From an uncultured delta proteobacterium (GTDB lineage: Bacteria; Myxococcota_A; Polyangia; Fen-1088), in assembly GCA_963767925.1 (NCBI GenBank), contig CAVYGB010000010.1, positions 1,728,001 to 1,792,000 on the forward strand: a stretch of DNA of 64,000 nucleotides, given 5' to 3'. The notes beneath the pieces were generated by a model, which made no database searches, was not told the DNA's origin, and saw only the letters and a program-made list of their open reading frames with translations. The position numbers were made by a program, and so were the translations under genes. Positions 52,047 through 64,000 of this stretch are shown piece after piece (within the stretch, counting starts at the first letter, position 1; each line of letters opens with the position of its first letter).

Positions 52047-55000
52047 TCGGGCCGAGCCGGCGGGCGCGGTCGTCGGGGGTTTTCCTGGTGGTCCTGTTGC
52101 TCGCCGGGGTCGCGGAGGCGCAGGCGCGGCTCGCGCCGGTCCTGGGTGTCGAACTGGGCGCGCCGACGGCGGAGCTGGAGCGGGTGTTGCCGGCGCAGGG
52201 GCTCTCCTGCCGGCGGTCGTTCGAGGCGCAGGGGCAGGCCATCGTGTGCACGGGGCGGATGGGGTCGGCGCCCTTTCCCGCGGTCACCACCTACTGGCTG
52301 CGGGACGGGCAGGTCGAGCGCGTGTACCAGCAGGCGCAGGTGTCGTTTTCGTTGTGGGCCCAATACGTTCGGGCGCTGGAACTGTGGCGCATCCATCTCG
52401 AGGCGGCGCTGGGACAGCCCGCGGTCAGCGGCGAGCGGCCACTGCCCGCCTGGGCACAGGCGCTCGACGACGGCGAGCGCCGGCGGGCGCTGGCCGAGGG
52501 GCGGCTGGGGCTCGAGGTGGGCTGGCCGCCCGCGGTGGGCGCCCGGGTCACGCTGGCCCTGCGGGGCGAGCAGGGGCGACCACGGCTGGTGCTGGCGGCC
52601 GAACCCCTGCCGCCGGCAGCGGCAGCGTCGGCCACCGGCGCCGCTGCGGCAGCGACGCGGCGCCGCTGCGACGGCGGGCTCGGTGACGGACGGGCTCGGT
52701 GGCGACAGCGGCGGGCGGCGGGTGCGCGGCGGACGAGGTGATCGGGGCGCTCGGCACGCTGTTTCCGCCGGCGGCGCCCGTGGTGCGGGCTGAGAGCGCG
52801 CGCACGCTGGCCCGCTGCCGCGAGCCCCGCGCGCAGGGCGCCCTGCGCGCGGCGCTCGAGCACGACAGCGACACGCGTGTCCAGGCCGAGTCGGTGCGGG
52901 CGCTCGTCGTCGCGGGGGACCGGGAGCGGGCCCGGACGGCGCTGGCCGACTCCGGGGTGCCCGACGAGGTGCGGGCGGCCGCGCTCGAGGCGCTGGCCGC
53001 CGACGACGGGGCACCCGGCGGAGACGATCTGCCCGCCCTGGCGGCGCAGCCTGGCCCCGCCTTGCAGGCAAGCCTCACCACCCTCCGTGACCGGCGCACC
53101 GAGGCCGTGGCCCGGGCGGCGGCGACTTCGGCCCCGCTGGACCCCCGCACGCCCGGCGTCGGGCCCGCCCGCCCCACCCTGGCCTTCGGCCCCCGTCCCG
53201 CCCCCGCCACCGACCTCGAGGTGGCGCGGCGGCCGGCGGAGCCGGCGCGGCCGTGGGTGGAGCGGGACGGGACGGCGCTGGCGATCACCACCTCGATCGC
53301 GGCGGGGGGGCTTTGGGGGGGCGCCCTCTCCTTGCTCGCGCAGCAGGAGGGCGTGGGGGTGGTGACGCTGCTCGGGACGGCGGGGGCGGTCATCGGCGGG
53401 GGCACGGCCTGGGGGCTCACCCGCTTCGGCGTGCGCCCGGATGCGGCCCAGGCGCTCTGGTTCGCCAACAGCACGGCCTGGGGCGCCCTGGCCGGGCTCA
53501 CCATCTGGTCGGGCAGCGGCTCGCCCAGCGCGAAGCTGAAATACGGCCTGCTGGTGGGGGGCGAGACGCTCGGCATCCTCGCCGGCGCCTGGAGCGCGCG
53601 CCGCTTCCGCTTCACGCCCACCGAGACGCTGTTCGCCGACAGCCTGGTGCTCGGCGGCGGGCTGGGGCTGATGGGCGCGAGCATGTTGCTCGACCCCTGG
53701 GGTCCCTGGGACGTTCCCCCGGCCGCGGCCATCGCCGTGGTGCCGACGCTGATCGGCGCCGCCGCCGCCAGCAAGCTGATCCGCGTCTCGCCGGCCGACG
53801 TGCCGCTGCTGATCGGCACGCCGCTGGCGGCGGGCTGGACCGGGGCGCTGCTGGCCAGCGGCCTCACCCGCACCCCCCTGCTCGACGATCCGCGCGGCCG
53901 CGGCGGGGCGCTGCTGGGCCTGGGCGCGGGCTACCTCGGGGCGGCGGCCGCCGCCAGCTTCGTCGAGGCGCCCGCGCGGCAGCTCGCGCTGACCTCGGGC
54001 GGGCTGCTGGCGGGCAACGCCCTCGGGCTCGGGCTGCACATGGTGGCGGATTCCACCGGCAGCCCGCGCTGGCCGCTCGGCAGCGCGATCGGCGGCGTGG
54101 CCCTGGCGGCGGCCGGGTTCGCCGGCGCGCCCTACCTGCGCCCGGGCCCCTCCGCCGCCGGCATGACCGTCATGGGCGGGATCTACGGCAGCGGGGTGTG
54201 GGCGCTGGCCCTCGCGTCCGGCTCCACCGGCCAGCCGGCCGACGCGCGCCTGCCGGGCGGCATGCTCGCCGGCGGAGTGGCCGCCGGGCCTCGGCGGGCT
54301 GGTGGCCTCGCAGTTCTTCACCCCCGAGCCGTACCACCACCGGGTCGCCTTCGCCGGCACGGCCCTCGGCGTCGCCGCCGGCCTCGGCACCGCCAAGCTG
54401 ACCACCGACGACAAGGGGCTGCCCGACGTGGTGGGCGTGCTGTCGGGCGCGGCGGTCGGGTTCACCGGCGGGGCGATGGTCTCGCAGGGGGCCCGGCTGC
54501 GGCCGCCGGCGATCCTCGCCGGGACGGTGGGCGGCGCCTACGGGTTGCTGGCCGGCGCGCTGCTGCCCACCCTCGGCGACGACGCCTGGAACGGCGGCCG
54601 CCGCACCGACGGGGCGAGCTGGCTGGGCCTGTCGCTCGGCGCGGCCGGGGCGACGCTGGCGGCGCGGGCGATCGATCCGGACGTGGGGTCGGTGGCGCTG
54701 GTGGGCGGCGCCGGCGTCCTGGGCCTGGGCATGGGGCTGGGGGCCGGCCACCTGTGGGCTTCGGCGCATTCGCAGCCGGGGCGCATCGGGCTGCTCGCCG
54801 GCAGCACCACCCTGCTGGCCGCCGGCCTGCTGGCCGAGCGCACCTGGCAGCTCTCCGATTCGCTCGGCAGCCACACCGTCGAGCTGGCGCTGTTCGGGGC
54901 CGGGATCGGCGCGGCCCACGGCCTGCTCGCGGGCCGGGTCGTCGAGCCCAGCACGAGCGCGATGCTGGCCGGACGGCAGCTCGGCGGGGCGGTCCTGCTC

Positions 55001-57865
55001 GGGACCTCGGCCGGCCTGGCCGCGGGCGTGCTCTCCTCGAAGTGGATCGACCCCACCGCCAACGACTACCTCGGCGTCGCCGGGGCCAGCGTGCTCGGGC
55101 ACTCGGCCGGCCTGGGCATCGCCCGGCTCACGCTCGATCCCGCGCCCTGGGACGCCGCGCCCGCCCGCCCGGAGCGGGTGCTCCGCCTGCTGGGCGCCGC
55201 CGCCGGCCTGGGCGCCGGCGCCCTCGTCGCCCGGGTGGCGCCGCTGCGCACGCCGGATCTCGCGGCCGGCGGGGTGGGGGCCGGGTACGGCGCCATGCTC
55301 GGCGCCCTCGCGCCCTCGCTGCACCGGCGCGGGAGGGGGGACACGCGCACGGCGACCGGCGGCGCCCACCTGGGGCTCGCCCTCGGCGGGACGGCGGCGG
55401 CGACGGCGGCCCACCTGACCGGGGCCTCGCTGGGCCAGGTCGCGGTGCCCGCGGTGGCGGCCGGGCTGGGTGGGCTGGCCGGTAGCGGCCTGGGACAGAT
55501 GCTGCCCGACAACGCCGACCAGGCGGCCCGGGTGGGGGTCTTCGGCGGGATCCTGGCGGCGGCGGGGGCCTCGATCGCCCTGTCGCGGCCGCTCCGCCTG
55601 GACGAGGGCTTCGCGGTGCCCGGCTCGGGCCTGCTCACCCTCGTGGGCGCGGGCGTGGGCCTGGCCGAGGGCCGGCTGCTCGGCGTGGTCGTCGCGCCCC
55701 GGCTGACCCCGGACGAGGCGAGCGAGGGCCAGCGCGACGGCGCCGCCCGCTTCGCCACGGTGGCCGGCGCGACCGCCGGCTTCGTCCTGGCCCGCTTCAT
55801 CCAGCCGAGCGCGGGGGACCAGATGCTCGCCCTCGGCGGCGGCCTGTTCGGCGGCGGGCTGGGCCTCGGCCTCTCCCAGCTCGCCAGCGCGCCGGGCGGG
55901 CGCGCCGACCCCGCGGCGGCGATGGCCGGCTCGCTGGCCGGCCTGGGCGCCCTGGCGCTCACCCAGCGGCTGAGCCCCCTGCAGGATCCGGACTTCCTGG
56001 CGCTGCCGGTGGGGGTCGCCTTCGGCGGGCTGTTCGGGCGGCTGCTGCCGACCCTCGACGCGCGCGAGCTGAGGCCGCTCGATCGCCCGGGCGGCGGCGG
56101 GCTGCTGGCCGGGCTGACCGGCGGGGCGTTCGCGGCGGTGGCGCTCCGCCACGCCAGCGCGGCGCCGGCCAGCACGGTGGGGCTGGCCGCGCTCGGCGGC
56201 GCCGACCTCGCCCTGGCTGGCCTGGGGGTCGGCCTGCTGATCGACGACGCCGGCAGCAGCCGGGGCCAGCGCATCGGCGCGGTCGCCGGCGGCGCGGCCG
56301 GGCTGGCGCTCGGCGCCGGGCTGTGGCCGCGGCTCGAGCTGCGCGGCACCGACGCCGCCCTGATAGCCGGGCTCTCCGCGCTGGGCGCCTGGAACGGCCT
56401 GCTGGCTCCCGTCCTCGGGCACGCCCGCGCCGACACGGTCAGCCGCCGGCAGATGACCGGCGGCGCGCTGGCCGGCGTGGGGGCGGGGACGGTGCTGGCC
56501 ACCGCGCTGGTGCCGGCGCTGGAGGTGGACGCCGACCTCCTCGCCAACGCCTTCGCCCTCGACCTGCTGCTCACCGGCGCCGGCGCGGGGGCGGGCGCGC
56601 TGGCCAGCCCGCGCCTCGACGCCCCGGTGTGGGGCGCCCTGGGGGGCGGCGCGGCCGGCCTGCTGCTGGGCGGGGCCTTGCACCGGTCGATCGAGATGGA
56701 CGCGGGCAAGCACCCGCTGGTGGCGCTGGCCTCGGTCGAGGGGCTGTGGCTCGGCGCCTGGTTGCCCTACCTGCTGCGCGAGCGCGAGCGGGTGACCTCC
56801 CGCCAGGTGACCGGCAGCCTCGCCGCGGGTGGGCTCGGCGGCGCGGCGCTGGCCACCCTGGCGAGCCCCCTGCTCCAGCCCGACGGCCACACCGCCACAA
56901 CCGCCGCCTTCGGCAGCGCCACCGGGGCCGCCCTGGCCGGCGGCGCCGCCCTCATCGCCGATCCGCTGCACGGGCGCGCGGGGGTGGGCTTGCTGCTGGG
57001 CGGGACCGCGGCCGGGCTGCTGGCCGGTGGGCTGGGCGCGCGGAGGCTCGATCTGCCGACCGGCGCGGGCTACGCCGGCGTCGGATCGTTGCTCGGCGCC
57101 TCCGAGGGGCTGGTGTTCGCCTGGGCCGGGCGGGCCGACGGCGAGGCCGACTACGCCGGCGCCGCCCTGGTGGGCGCGGGGCTAGGATCCACCATCGGCT
57201 TCGTGGCGGCGGCCAACCCGGTGTGGACCCAGGGGCGGGGGCTGCCGGCGGCCGGGTTCGCGGGCTGGGGATCGTGGATGGGCGCCTTCGCGGGCGCGCT
57301 CATCAACCGCGATCCCCACGAGGTCACCCTCGGTGGCCTGGCCGGCGCCAACGTCGGCCTGATCAGCGGCCTGGCCCTGCTCGGCAGCGGCGCGGTCCAG
57401 CCCAGCGACTTCGGCTGGCTGAGCGCCTTCGGCGCGGCGGGCACCGTCGCCGGCGGCGGGGTGGGCGCGCTGTTCTCGACCCGCACCAATCCCCGCCCCG
57501 CGCTGGCCGGGCTGCTGATCGGCCCGGCCGTCGGGCTGGCCACCGGCGCGCTCGTGTTGCCTAAGCTCCGCACCATCGGGGCCAGCGCCTCGGCCCCGCC
57601 GGCGCCGCCCGCCGCGCCCACCGCCGCCCGGACGCCGGCCGCGCGCGAAGCGGATCGTCCGGAGGAGAGCATCAGCTCGGCGGTGCTGTGGGAACGCCGG
57701 CGTGCCGGCGGGCCGTCAGCGACCATCGAGCAACCGCTCGCGTCACGCATCCGGCGGAGCTTCCGCATCAGCCGCCTGATGCCGGTGCTGGGGGCGATGC
57801 CGAGCGACGACCCCGCCGCCGGGCCGCCCCCCTTCGTGATTGGCGTCGCTGGCCTCTGGCGGTGA
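52028..57865 (+). CDS. very large Gly/Ala-rich multi-helix protein with N-terminal globular and HEAT-like regions (frame breaks near 52680 and 54290)
   Basis: Signal-like VFLVVLLLAGVAEAQA; HEAT-like VRAESARTL / RVQAESVRAL / EVRAAALEAL; dozens of GxxxG helices across three abutting ORFs. Confidence 0.65.
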
Positions 57866-57979
57866 CCCGGCGTCATGTCGCTCAGCGACGTCGCCGGCCG
57901 AGCCTGCCGTTGACCGGTAAACCAGCGCACGCCTATTCTGCCGAGCGCGGGTCTTCCCCCCCGCAATCGGAGGACGGGC

Positions 57980-58504
57980 ATGAAACTCCCCCTGTTGGTG
58001 TTTTCGCTGGCGATCGGCCTGGGGCTCGGCGCGGGCAGGTCGGCGCAAGCCCAGGAGAAATCACTCTACGAGCGGCTGGGGGGCGAGCCGGCGATCACCG
58101 CGGTCGTCGATGACTTCACCTCGCGCGCGGCGGCCAACGCCAAGGTGAACTTCCTGCGCGGAGGCAAGTTCGCCAGCATGGACATCCCCCGCTTCAAGAA
58201 ACACCTCGTCAACCTGGTGTCGTCGGTGACCGGCGGCCCGCAGAAGTACACCGGTCGCGACATGAAGACCACCCACAAGGGGATGGGCATCAGCGACGCC
58301 GAGTTCGACTCGCTGGCCGAGGACCTCGTCGCCTCGCTCGACAAGTTCAAGGTGCCGGACAGGGAGAAGAGCGAGCTGCTGAAGATCGTCGGCTCGACCC
58401 GCTCCGACATCGTCGAGGTCAAGGCCCGCGCCGCCCCCACCACGACAAAGAAGAAGGCCCGCCCCAAGGCCCGCCCCCGCGCCAAGGCCAAGCGCAAGGC
58501 CTGA
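57980..58504 (+). CDS. group 1 truncated hemoglobin with signal peptide
   Basis: SLYERLGG, VVDDF, TGGPQKYTGRDM..TH.GMGI. Confidence 0.92.
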   Translation: MKLPLLVFSLAIGLGLGAGRSAQAQEKSLYERLGGEPAITAVVDDFTSRAAANAKVNFLRGGKFASMDIPRFKKHLVNLVSSVTGGPQKYTGRDMKTTHKGMGISDAEFDSLAEDLVASLDKFKVPDREKSELLKIVGSTRSDIVEVKARAAPTTTKKKARPKARPRAKAKRKA

Positions 58505-58518
58505 GGCACCCGGGGGCT

Positions 58519-60312
58519 CTAGAACACCTGGCGGAAGCCGGCGGAGATGCGGCCGGGGAGGCCGGCGCGGGTGAAGCGGCCGTCCTGGAAGGCGACCGCC
58601 CAGTCGACCCGCAACACGTAGTAGTTGAGCTGGGGGATCAGCAGGCGCAGGCCCACCCCGGCGTCGTGGTAGGCGCCGAGGTCGGACCAGCGGTCGGCGG
58701 CGTGGCCCACGTCGTAGAAGGCGACCGCCCCGAAGCGCAGCGCCCGCAGGGGCACTGGCCGCGTGCGCAGCTCGACGTGCCCGACGTAGCGGGCCTGCCC
58801 GAAGAAGTCCCCGATCTCGTAGCCGCGCAGGCCGTTCTCCCCGCCGAGGGTGAGGTACACGTCGGGACGGGTGTTGCGCAGCACCACGCTGCCGCTCGCC
58901 TCGGCCACCACCCGGAAGGCCCGCAGCAGCACCGGGCTGGCCGCGGTGACGCCGGCCGCCCGGCTCTCGTCGATCAGGCGGCCGCCCCGCACGCGCGCGC
59001 CCCAGGACGCCGACACCCGCTGGAACCCGTCGCCCAGATCGAAGGACCAGCCCGCGCTGGCCCCCAGGGCCAGGTACTCCACCTCCGACCCCAGCCAGGT
59101 GGCGGCGTACGAGGCCGAGGCCGAGGCCGAGGGCCCCAGCAGCGCGTCTTCGCGCAGGTCGTAGGTGTCGAAGTCCCGGTAGACCCGGTAGCGCGGGGTG
59201 AACAGCGAGTAGCCGGCGTAGAGCGAGGAGAGGCGCTCGGAGCGGGGGAAGACCTGGGCGGCGAAGGCGGCGCGCACCGCCGGGTCCTCCACCGGGAAGG
59301 TGGGGTGAAAGTCCGGGCGTACGACCGAGAGGGCGTAGCCGCCCGACACGCGCTGGATGACCTTCTGGCCGAACGAGCGCACCAGGTTGGCGTCGGCGCT
59401 GTCCCGGCGCACCCGGTAGATGTAGGGCAGAAGCTCGGTCTCGGGCGTGTCGCGCAGGTCGACCTGGAAGAGGCCGAGCTGGTCGTAGCGCCGGGCCACC
59501 CCCTCCGAGTGCCCCGCCGACACGCTGGCCCCCCAGCGGCTGGCCAGCGAGAACAGGGGATAGGTGAGGCGGGCCCCGACGCTGCTCCCCTCCTGCTCGT
59601 CGGTGGCCCGGTCGAAGATCACCCGGTACGAGATCGAGAGCTGCAGGCGGGTGCCGGCGATGTTGGGGTCGAGGTAGCTCGGCCCCATGGAGTACGACCC
59701 CCGGTACAGGTCGAAGGCCAGGGAGGCCTTCTTGCGCCAGCCGAACAGGTTGTTCTCGGACAGCGACGTCGTCAGGTAGGACAGCACCTGCCGCTGGTAC
59801 TCGAAGTCCGTGTTGAAGCGCAGGCTCCACACGTCGCGGGTGGCGATCAGCAGGTCGACCTTCCCCGGCTCGTTGCTCGCGATCGGCACGACTGCCACCA
59901 GGCTGGAGAAGTCGGCGTCGCGCAGGTTGCGCACCGTCTCCTCGATCAGCGTCTCGTCGTAGACCTGCCCGGAGGCGACGAGGACCTCGCGCCGGATGAT
60001 GTCCTCGCGGGTGGTGCGGTGGAGCAGGTTGGCCAGGCGGAACCAGCCGTCCCGCCTCGAGAACACCTCGTGGTTGACCACGTGGATGGCGCCCAGCACC
60101 TTGCCCGCCGGCGCGGGATCGATGCGCAGCCCGCGGCTGGCCAGGGCGTCGTCGACCGCCTCCCGCTCCAGCGACCCGAGGGCCGCGTAGCGCCCTCCCT
60201 CCGCCCCCGCCGACACGACGGCCGGCGCCGGCGCCGGGGTCTGCGCGCCCGCTGGCGGCAGCCCCAGCAGGACCGCCGCCAGGACGAGGGGCGGGAGGGC
60301 GCGCCCGCTCAC
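58519..60312 (-). CDS. Omp85 (BamA/TamA-like) outer membrane protein
   Basis: POTRA-like [37 protein letters not shown], terminal F. Confidence 0.88.
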   Translation of the reverse strand: MSGRALPPLVLAAVLLGLPPAGAQTPAPAPAVVSAGAEGGRYAALGSLEREAVDDALASRGLRIDPAPAGKVLGAIHVVNHEVFSRRDGWFRLANLLHRTTREDIIRREVLVASGQVYDETLIEETVRNLRDADFSSLVAVVPIASNEPGKVDLLIATRDVWSLRFNTDFEYQRQVLSYLTTSLSENNLFGWRKKASLAFDLYRGSYSMGPSYLDPNIAGTRLQLSISYRVIFDRATDEQEGSSVGARLTYPLFSLASRWGASVSAGHSEGVARRYDQLGLFQVDLRDTPETELLPYIYRVRRDSADANLVRSFGQKVIQRVSGGYALSVVRPDFHPTFPVEDPAVRAAFAAQVFPRSERLSSLYAGYSLFTPRYRVYRDFDTYDLREDALLGPSASASASYAATWLGSEVEYLALGASAGWSFDLGDGFQRVSASWGARVRGGRLIDESRAAGVTAASPVLLRAFRVVAEASGSVVLRNTRPDVYLTLGGENGLRGYEIGDFFGQARYVGHVELRTRPVPLRALRFGAVAFYDVGHAADRWSDLGAYHDAGVGLRLLIPQLNYYVLRVDWAVAFQDGRFTRAGLPGRISAGFRQVF

Positions 60313-61383
60313 GCGCCGAGGGCCTGCAGCACCGCCGCGCCGGCGTCCCGGGTGCGGACGGCCGTGCGCTCGCCGCCGGTGGCCGCCGCCAGATCGGCGG
60401 TCAAGATGCCCGCATCGATCGACTTGTTCACCGCGCTCTCGACCGCCTTGGCCTCCGTCTCCAGGCCCAGCGAGTGCCGCAGCAGCAGGGCCACGCTGAG
60501 GATGGTGGCGTAGGGGTTGGCCACCCCCTTGCCGGCGATGTCGGGGGCGCTGCCGTGGATCGGCTCGTACAGCCCCCGGGTGCCGTCGCCCAGCGAAGCG
60601 GAGGGGAGCAGGCCCATCGACCCGGCCAGCATCGAGGCCTCGTCGGTCAAGATGTCGCCGAACATGTTCTCGGTGACGATCACGTCGAAGTCGGCCGGCC
60701 GGCGGATGAGGAACATGGCGCAGGCGTCGACGAGGATGTGCTCGAGGGTGAGGTGGGGGAACTCCCGCCGCACCACCTCCTCGGTGATTCGCCGCCACAG
60801 GCGCGAGGTCTCGAGCACGTTGGCCTTGTCGACCGAGGTCAGCTTGCCCCGCCGCTTCTCGGCGAAGCCGGCCGCCCGCCGCACCACCCGGCGGACCTCG
60901 TCGGCGGTGTAGACGCACAGGTCGCTGGCCCGGTCGGCGGTCTTGGTCTTCTCTCCGAAGTAGATGCCGCCGGTCAGCTCGCGCACCACCAGCAGGTCGA
61001 CCCCGAACAGCAGCTCCGCCTTCAGCGGGGAGGCGGACAGCAGCTTGGGGTGGATGGTCACCGGGCGCAGGTTGGCGTAGAGCCCGAGCTCCTTGCGGAT
61101 GCCGAGCAGCCCCTGCTCGGGCCGGACCTTGGCGTTCGGGTCATCCCACTTTGGCCCACCCACCGCGCCCAGCAGCACCGCGTCCGAGGCCCGGCAGAGG
61201 TCGACCGTCTCGGGGGGCAAGGCGCTGCCGGTCGCGTCGATGGCGCAGCCGCCCAGCAGGGCCTCGCGGAGCTGGAACTCGTGTCCGAAACGTCGCCCGA
61301 TCGCCTCGAGCACCTTCACCGCTTCGGCCACCACCTCGGGTCCGATGCCGTCGCCCGGCAGAACTGCAATTGTGCGCTTTCAT
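60309..61383 (-). CDS. leuB: 3-isopropylmalate dehydrogenase (1-bp frameshift near start)
   Basis: [62 protein letters not shown]. Confidence 0.96.
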
Positions 61384-61472
61384 CGTCGTGGCGGACGACC
61401 CTCGCGAAGCGGCGGCCAAGAGTCAAGGGCAATGCTGGCCCCGCTGGCCTCGCGCGAGAAAACCGCCCCCGC

Positions 61473-63121
61473 TCAACCGGGGAAGCTGTGGGCGATGGGG
61501 TAACGGCGGCCGGGGCCGAAGGCCTTGCCGGTGATCTTGATGCCCGGCGCCGCCTGCCGGCGCTTGTACTCGGAGCGGAGCACCATCGTCACCACCTCCT
61601 CGACCACCGCGGGAGGAAAGCCCCGGGCCACCAGGGCCTCGCGGTCGAGCCCGTTCTCGAGGTGCTCGTGCAAGATGGCGTCGAGCAGATCGTAGGGGGG
61701 CAAGGTGTCCTGGTCGGTCTGATCCGGGCGCAGCTCGGCCGAGGGGGGCTTGGTCAAGGTCGACTCGGGGATCACCGCCTGCTCCGCGTTGACCGCCCGG
61801 GACAGGGCGTAGACCAGCGTCTTGGGGCACGTCGCTGATGACCGCCAGGCCGCCGCACATGTCGCCGTACAGGGTGCAGTACCCGGTGGCCAGCTCGCTC
61901 TTGTTGCCGGTGGTGAGCAGCAGCGAGCCCAGCTTGTTCGACAGGGCCATCAGCGTCGCCCCCCGCACCCGGGCCTGCAGGTTCTCCTCGGTCACGTCGG
62001 GCTTGCGGTCGCCGAAGGCGGGGGCCAGCGTGGCGAGGTAGCTCTGGAAGACCGGGTCGATGGGGATCTCGCGAAAGCCGATGCCCAGGTTGCGGGCCAG
62101 CTCGGCCGCGTCGGTGACCGACCCGGGCGAGGAGTAGCGCGAGGGCATCGCCACCCCGAGGACGTTCTCCGGGCCCAGCGCCCGGGCGGCGATGCAGGCC
62201 ACCAGGGCCGAGTCGATCCCGCCCGACAGACCCAGCACCGCCCGGGAGAAGCCGCAGCGGCGGGCGTAGTCGCGGGTGCCGAGCACCAGGGCGCCGAGGG
62301 CCGCGCGCACGTCGCTCGGCTCGAACGGGCGCTGCGGCCCCGAGCGGGTGGCCAGGTCGACGAGCAGGTAGTCGGGCTCGTTCTCCGCCGCCCGGGCCAC
62401 CAGCTCTCCGCGCGCGTCGAGCACCAGGCTCGAGCCGCCGAACACGAGGTCGTCGTGGCCCCCCACCTGATTGACGAACACGAGGGGCTTGCCCCAGTGG
62501 CGAGCGGTGCCGGCCAGCATGCGCGGGATGCAGGTGGCGCTTCTCCACCGTCCAGGGACAGGCCGAGACGTTGACGATCAGCTCGGCCCCGTCGGCCACC
62601 AGCTTCTCGATGGGGTCCTCGCGGTACAGGCGGTGGGGCCAGAAATCGGCGTCGTTCCAGATGTCCTCGCAGACCGAGACCCCCACCCGCAGCCCGGGGA
62701 GCTGGGCGCAGGCCACCGCGCTGGCCGGCTCGAAGTAGCGCCACTCGTCGAACACGTCGTAGGTCGGCAGCAGCGACTTGCGGTGGACCGACACTATCCG
62801 GCCCCGGTGCAGGACGGCGGCGCTGTTGGCGATGCGGCGCCCGGTGGGGCTGTCGGGCAGGCGCTCGGGAAAGCCGACGATGACCGCCACCCCGGTCGCG
62901 CGCGTGCGCTCGGTGAGGCGGTCGAGCGATCGGCGCGCGGCCTCGATGAAGGCCGGGCGCTCGAGCAGGTCGCGCGGGGGGTAACCGGCGATGGCCAGCT
63001 CGCTGGAGACCAGCAGGCCGGCGCCGTCCGCCTCCGCGCGGCCGAGGGCCCCGCTCAGCAGGTCGAGGTTCCCCTCGAAGTCACCGATGGTCGGGTTGAT
63101 CTGGGCCAGGGCCACTTTCAT
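61473..63121 (-). CDS. nadE: glutamine-dependent NAD+ synthetase (frameshifts near 62525 and 61825)
   Basis: Nitrilase domain (EL..GYPP.DL, KSLLPTYDVFDE, VCEDIW); LSGGIDS, ENLQARVRG, GNKSE..GYCTLYGD, SAELRPDQ. Confidence 0.95.
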
Positions 63122-63231
63122 CGCTTCCCTCTTCGGGGGAACATTGTAACCCACGGAATTCGTTTGTCGGCGCGGCGCACAGGCGCCTGGCCGGTTCACG
63201 TGGTAAGCTTTTTTCTCCGAGCCGAGACCAC

Positions 63232-64000
63232 ATGACGCCTGCGTTGCCCCGGCCTGAACCCAGTGCTGCGGCCGATGTTTCCGGGGTACGGAGCCTGGCC
63301 CTCATCGAGGCGCTCAAGCGCCCGGCCGAGATTTCTCGGAGCCAGCGGATCTACGTCAACCGGAACCTGCGGCTCGACCAGATCCAGATGGTGGGGTTCG
63401 ACATGGACTACACCCTGGCCCTCTACCACCAGGCCCGCATCGAGGAGCTGTCGGTGGCGGCCACCGTGCAGAAGCTGGTGGCCAACAAGGGCTACCCCGC
63501 CCCGATCCAGTCGCTGAAGTACGACGCCAGCCTCGGGATCCGCGGGCTGGTCGTCGACATGAAGCTGGGCAACGTCTTCAAGCCCGACCGCTACGGCACC
63601 CCCGGCCGGGCCCGCCACGGCCACCAGCCCCTCACCCGCCGCGAGGTGACCGCCCTCTACCAGCGCGAGCGGATGCGCCTGGCCGATCCCGCGCTACGCC
63701 TGGATCGACACGCTGTTCGCCCTGCCCGAGGCGGTGATGTACGTCAGCCTGGTCGACTTCTTCGACCGCTGGGCGGGCGAGCGGCCCCCGTACCTGCAGC
63801 TCTGGCGCGACATCCGCGAGTGCATCGACCTCGCCCACCGCGACGGATCGATAAAGAACCTCGTCTCGGCCGACCTGCCCCAGTACATCGAGCGCGACCC
63901 CGCCCTGGCCGAGGCCCTGCACCGCTTCCGCTCGTCGGGCAAGCGGCTGTTCCTGCTGACCAACTCCGACTGGGCCTACACCGACCCGGTGATGACCTAC
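63232..64000 (+). CDS. HAD-IG family 5'-nucleotidase (partial; frameshift near 63690)
   Basis: IYVNRNLRL...[37 protein letters not shown]. Confidence 0.92.
   Translation, partial: MTPALPRPEPSAAADVSGVRSLALIEALKRPAEISRSQRIYVNRNLRLDQIQMVGFDMDYTLALYHQARIEELSVAATVQKLVANKGYPAPIQSLKYDASLGIRGLVVDMKLGNVFKPDRYGTPGRARHGHQPLTRREVTALYQRERMRLADPALRLDRHAVRPARGGDVRQPGRLLRPLGGRAAPVPAALARHPRVHRPRPPRRIDKEPRLGRPAPVHRARPRPGRGPAPLPLVGQAAVPADQLRLGLHRPGDDL

Noticed and set aside
54170..56971. Long antisense or alternate-frame ORFs (this one, 16925-18730, 31800-33788 and similar)
   Set aside because: Shadow ORFs typical of high-GC DNA, overlapping well-supported genes and with no recognisable motifs

Overview
Very GC-rich bacterial DNA, most likely Myxococcota (Polyangia/Haliangium-like). 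This rests on the eukaryotic-like Ser/Thr kinases, an FHA protein, a MYXO-CTERM protein and vWA/Pro-rich lipoproteins. The backbone is housekeeping and signalling genes: GH36 alpha-galactosidase, DTW/TapT, uvrA, nucleotide-sugar dehydrogenase, HU, Nat-type ABC, CRP/FNR, PLD, BON, RRM, HDOD regulator plus kinase, sppA, truncated globin, Omp85, leuB, nadE and a 5'-nucleotidase. Many of these carry 1-2 bp frameshifts that look like long-read assembly errors. The most interesting part is an accessory island at about 39.7-50.0 kb, apparently inserted in the 5' end of an amidase gene. It holds (i) a partly decayed candidate RiPP/glycopeptide cluster (leader/core-like precursor, 2-TM putative immunity protein, deacetylase, GNAT, GT2, a GT-A-like enzyme with an N-terminal RRE-like domain, DsbA) and (ii) a complete IS5-family element (22-bp IRs, TAA duplication) carrying a four-helix-bundle passenger gene and a ~170-nt hairpin, with its right-hand end present a second time nearby. 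Also seen: a 172-nt intergenic rod-like hairpin (candidate ncRNA), two dispersed palindromic repeat families and a ~1900-aa glycine-zipper protein. All functional calls come from motif recognition; no database searches were run.
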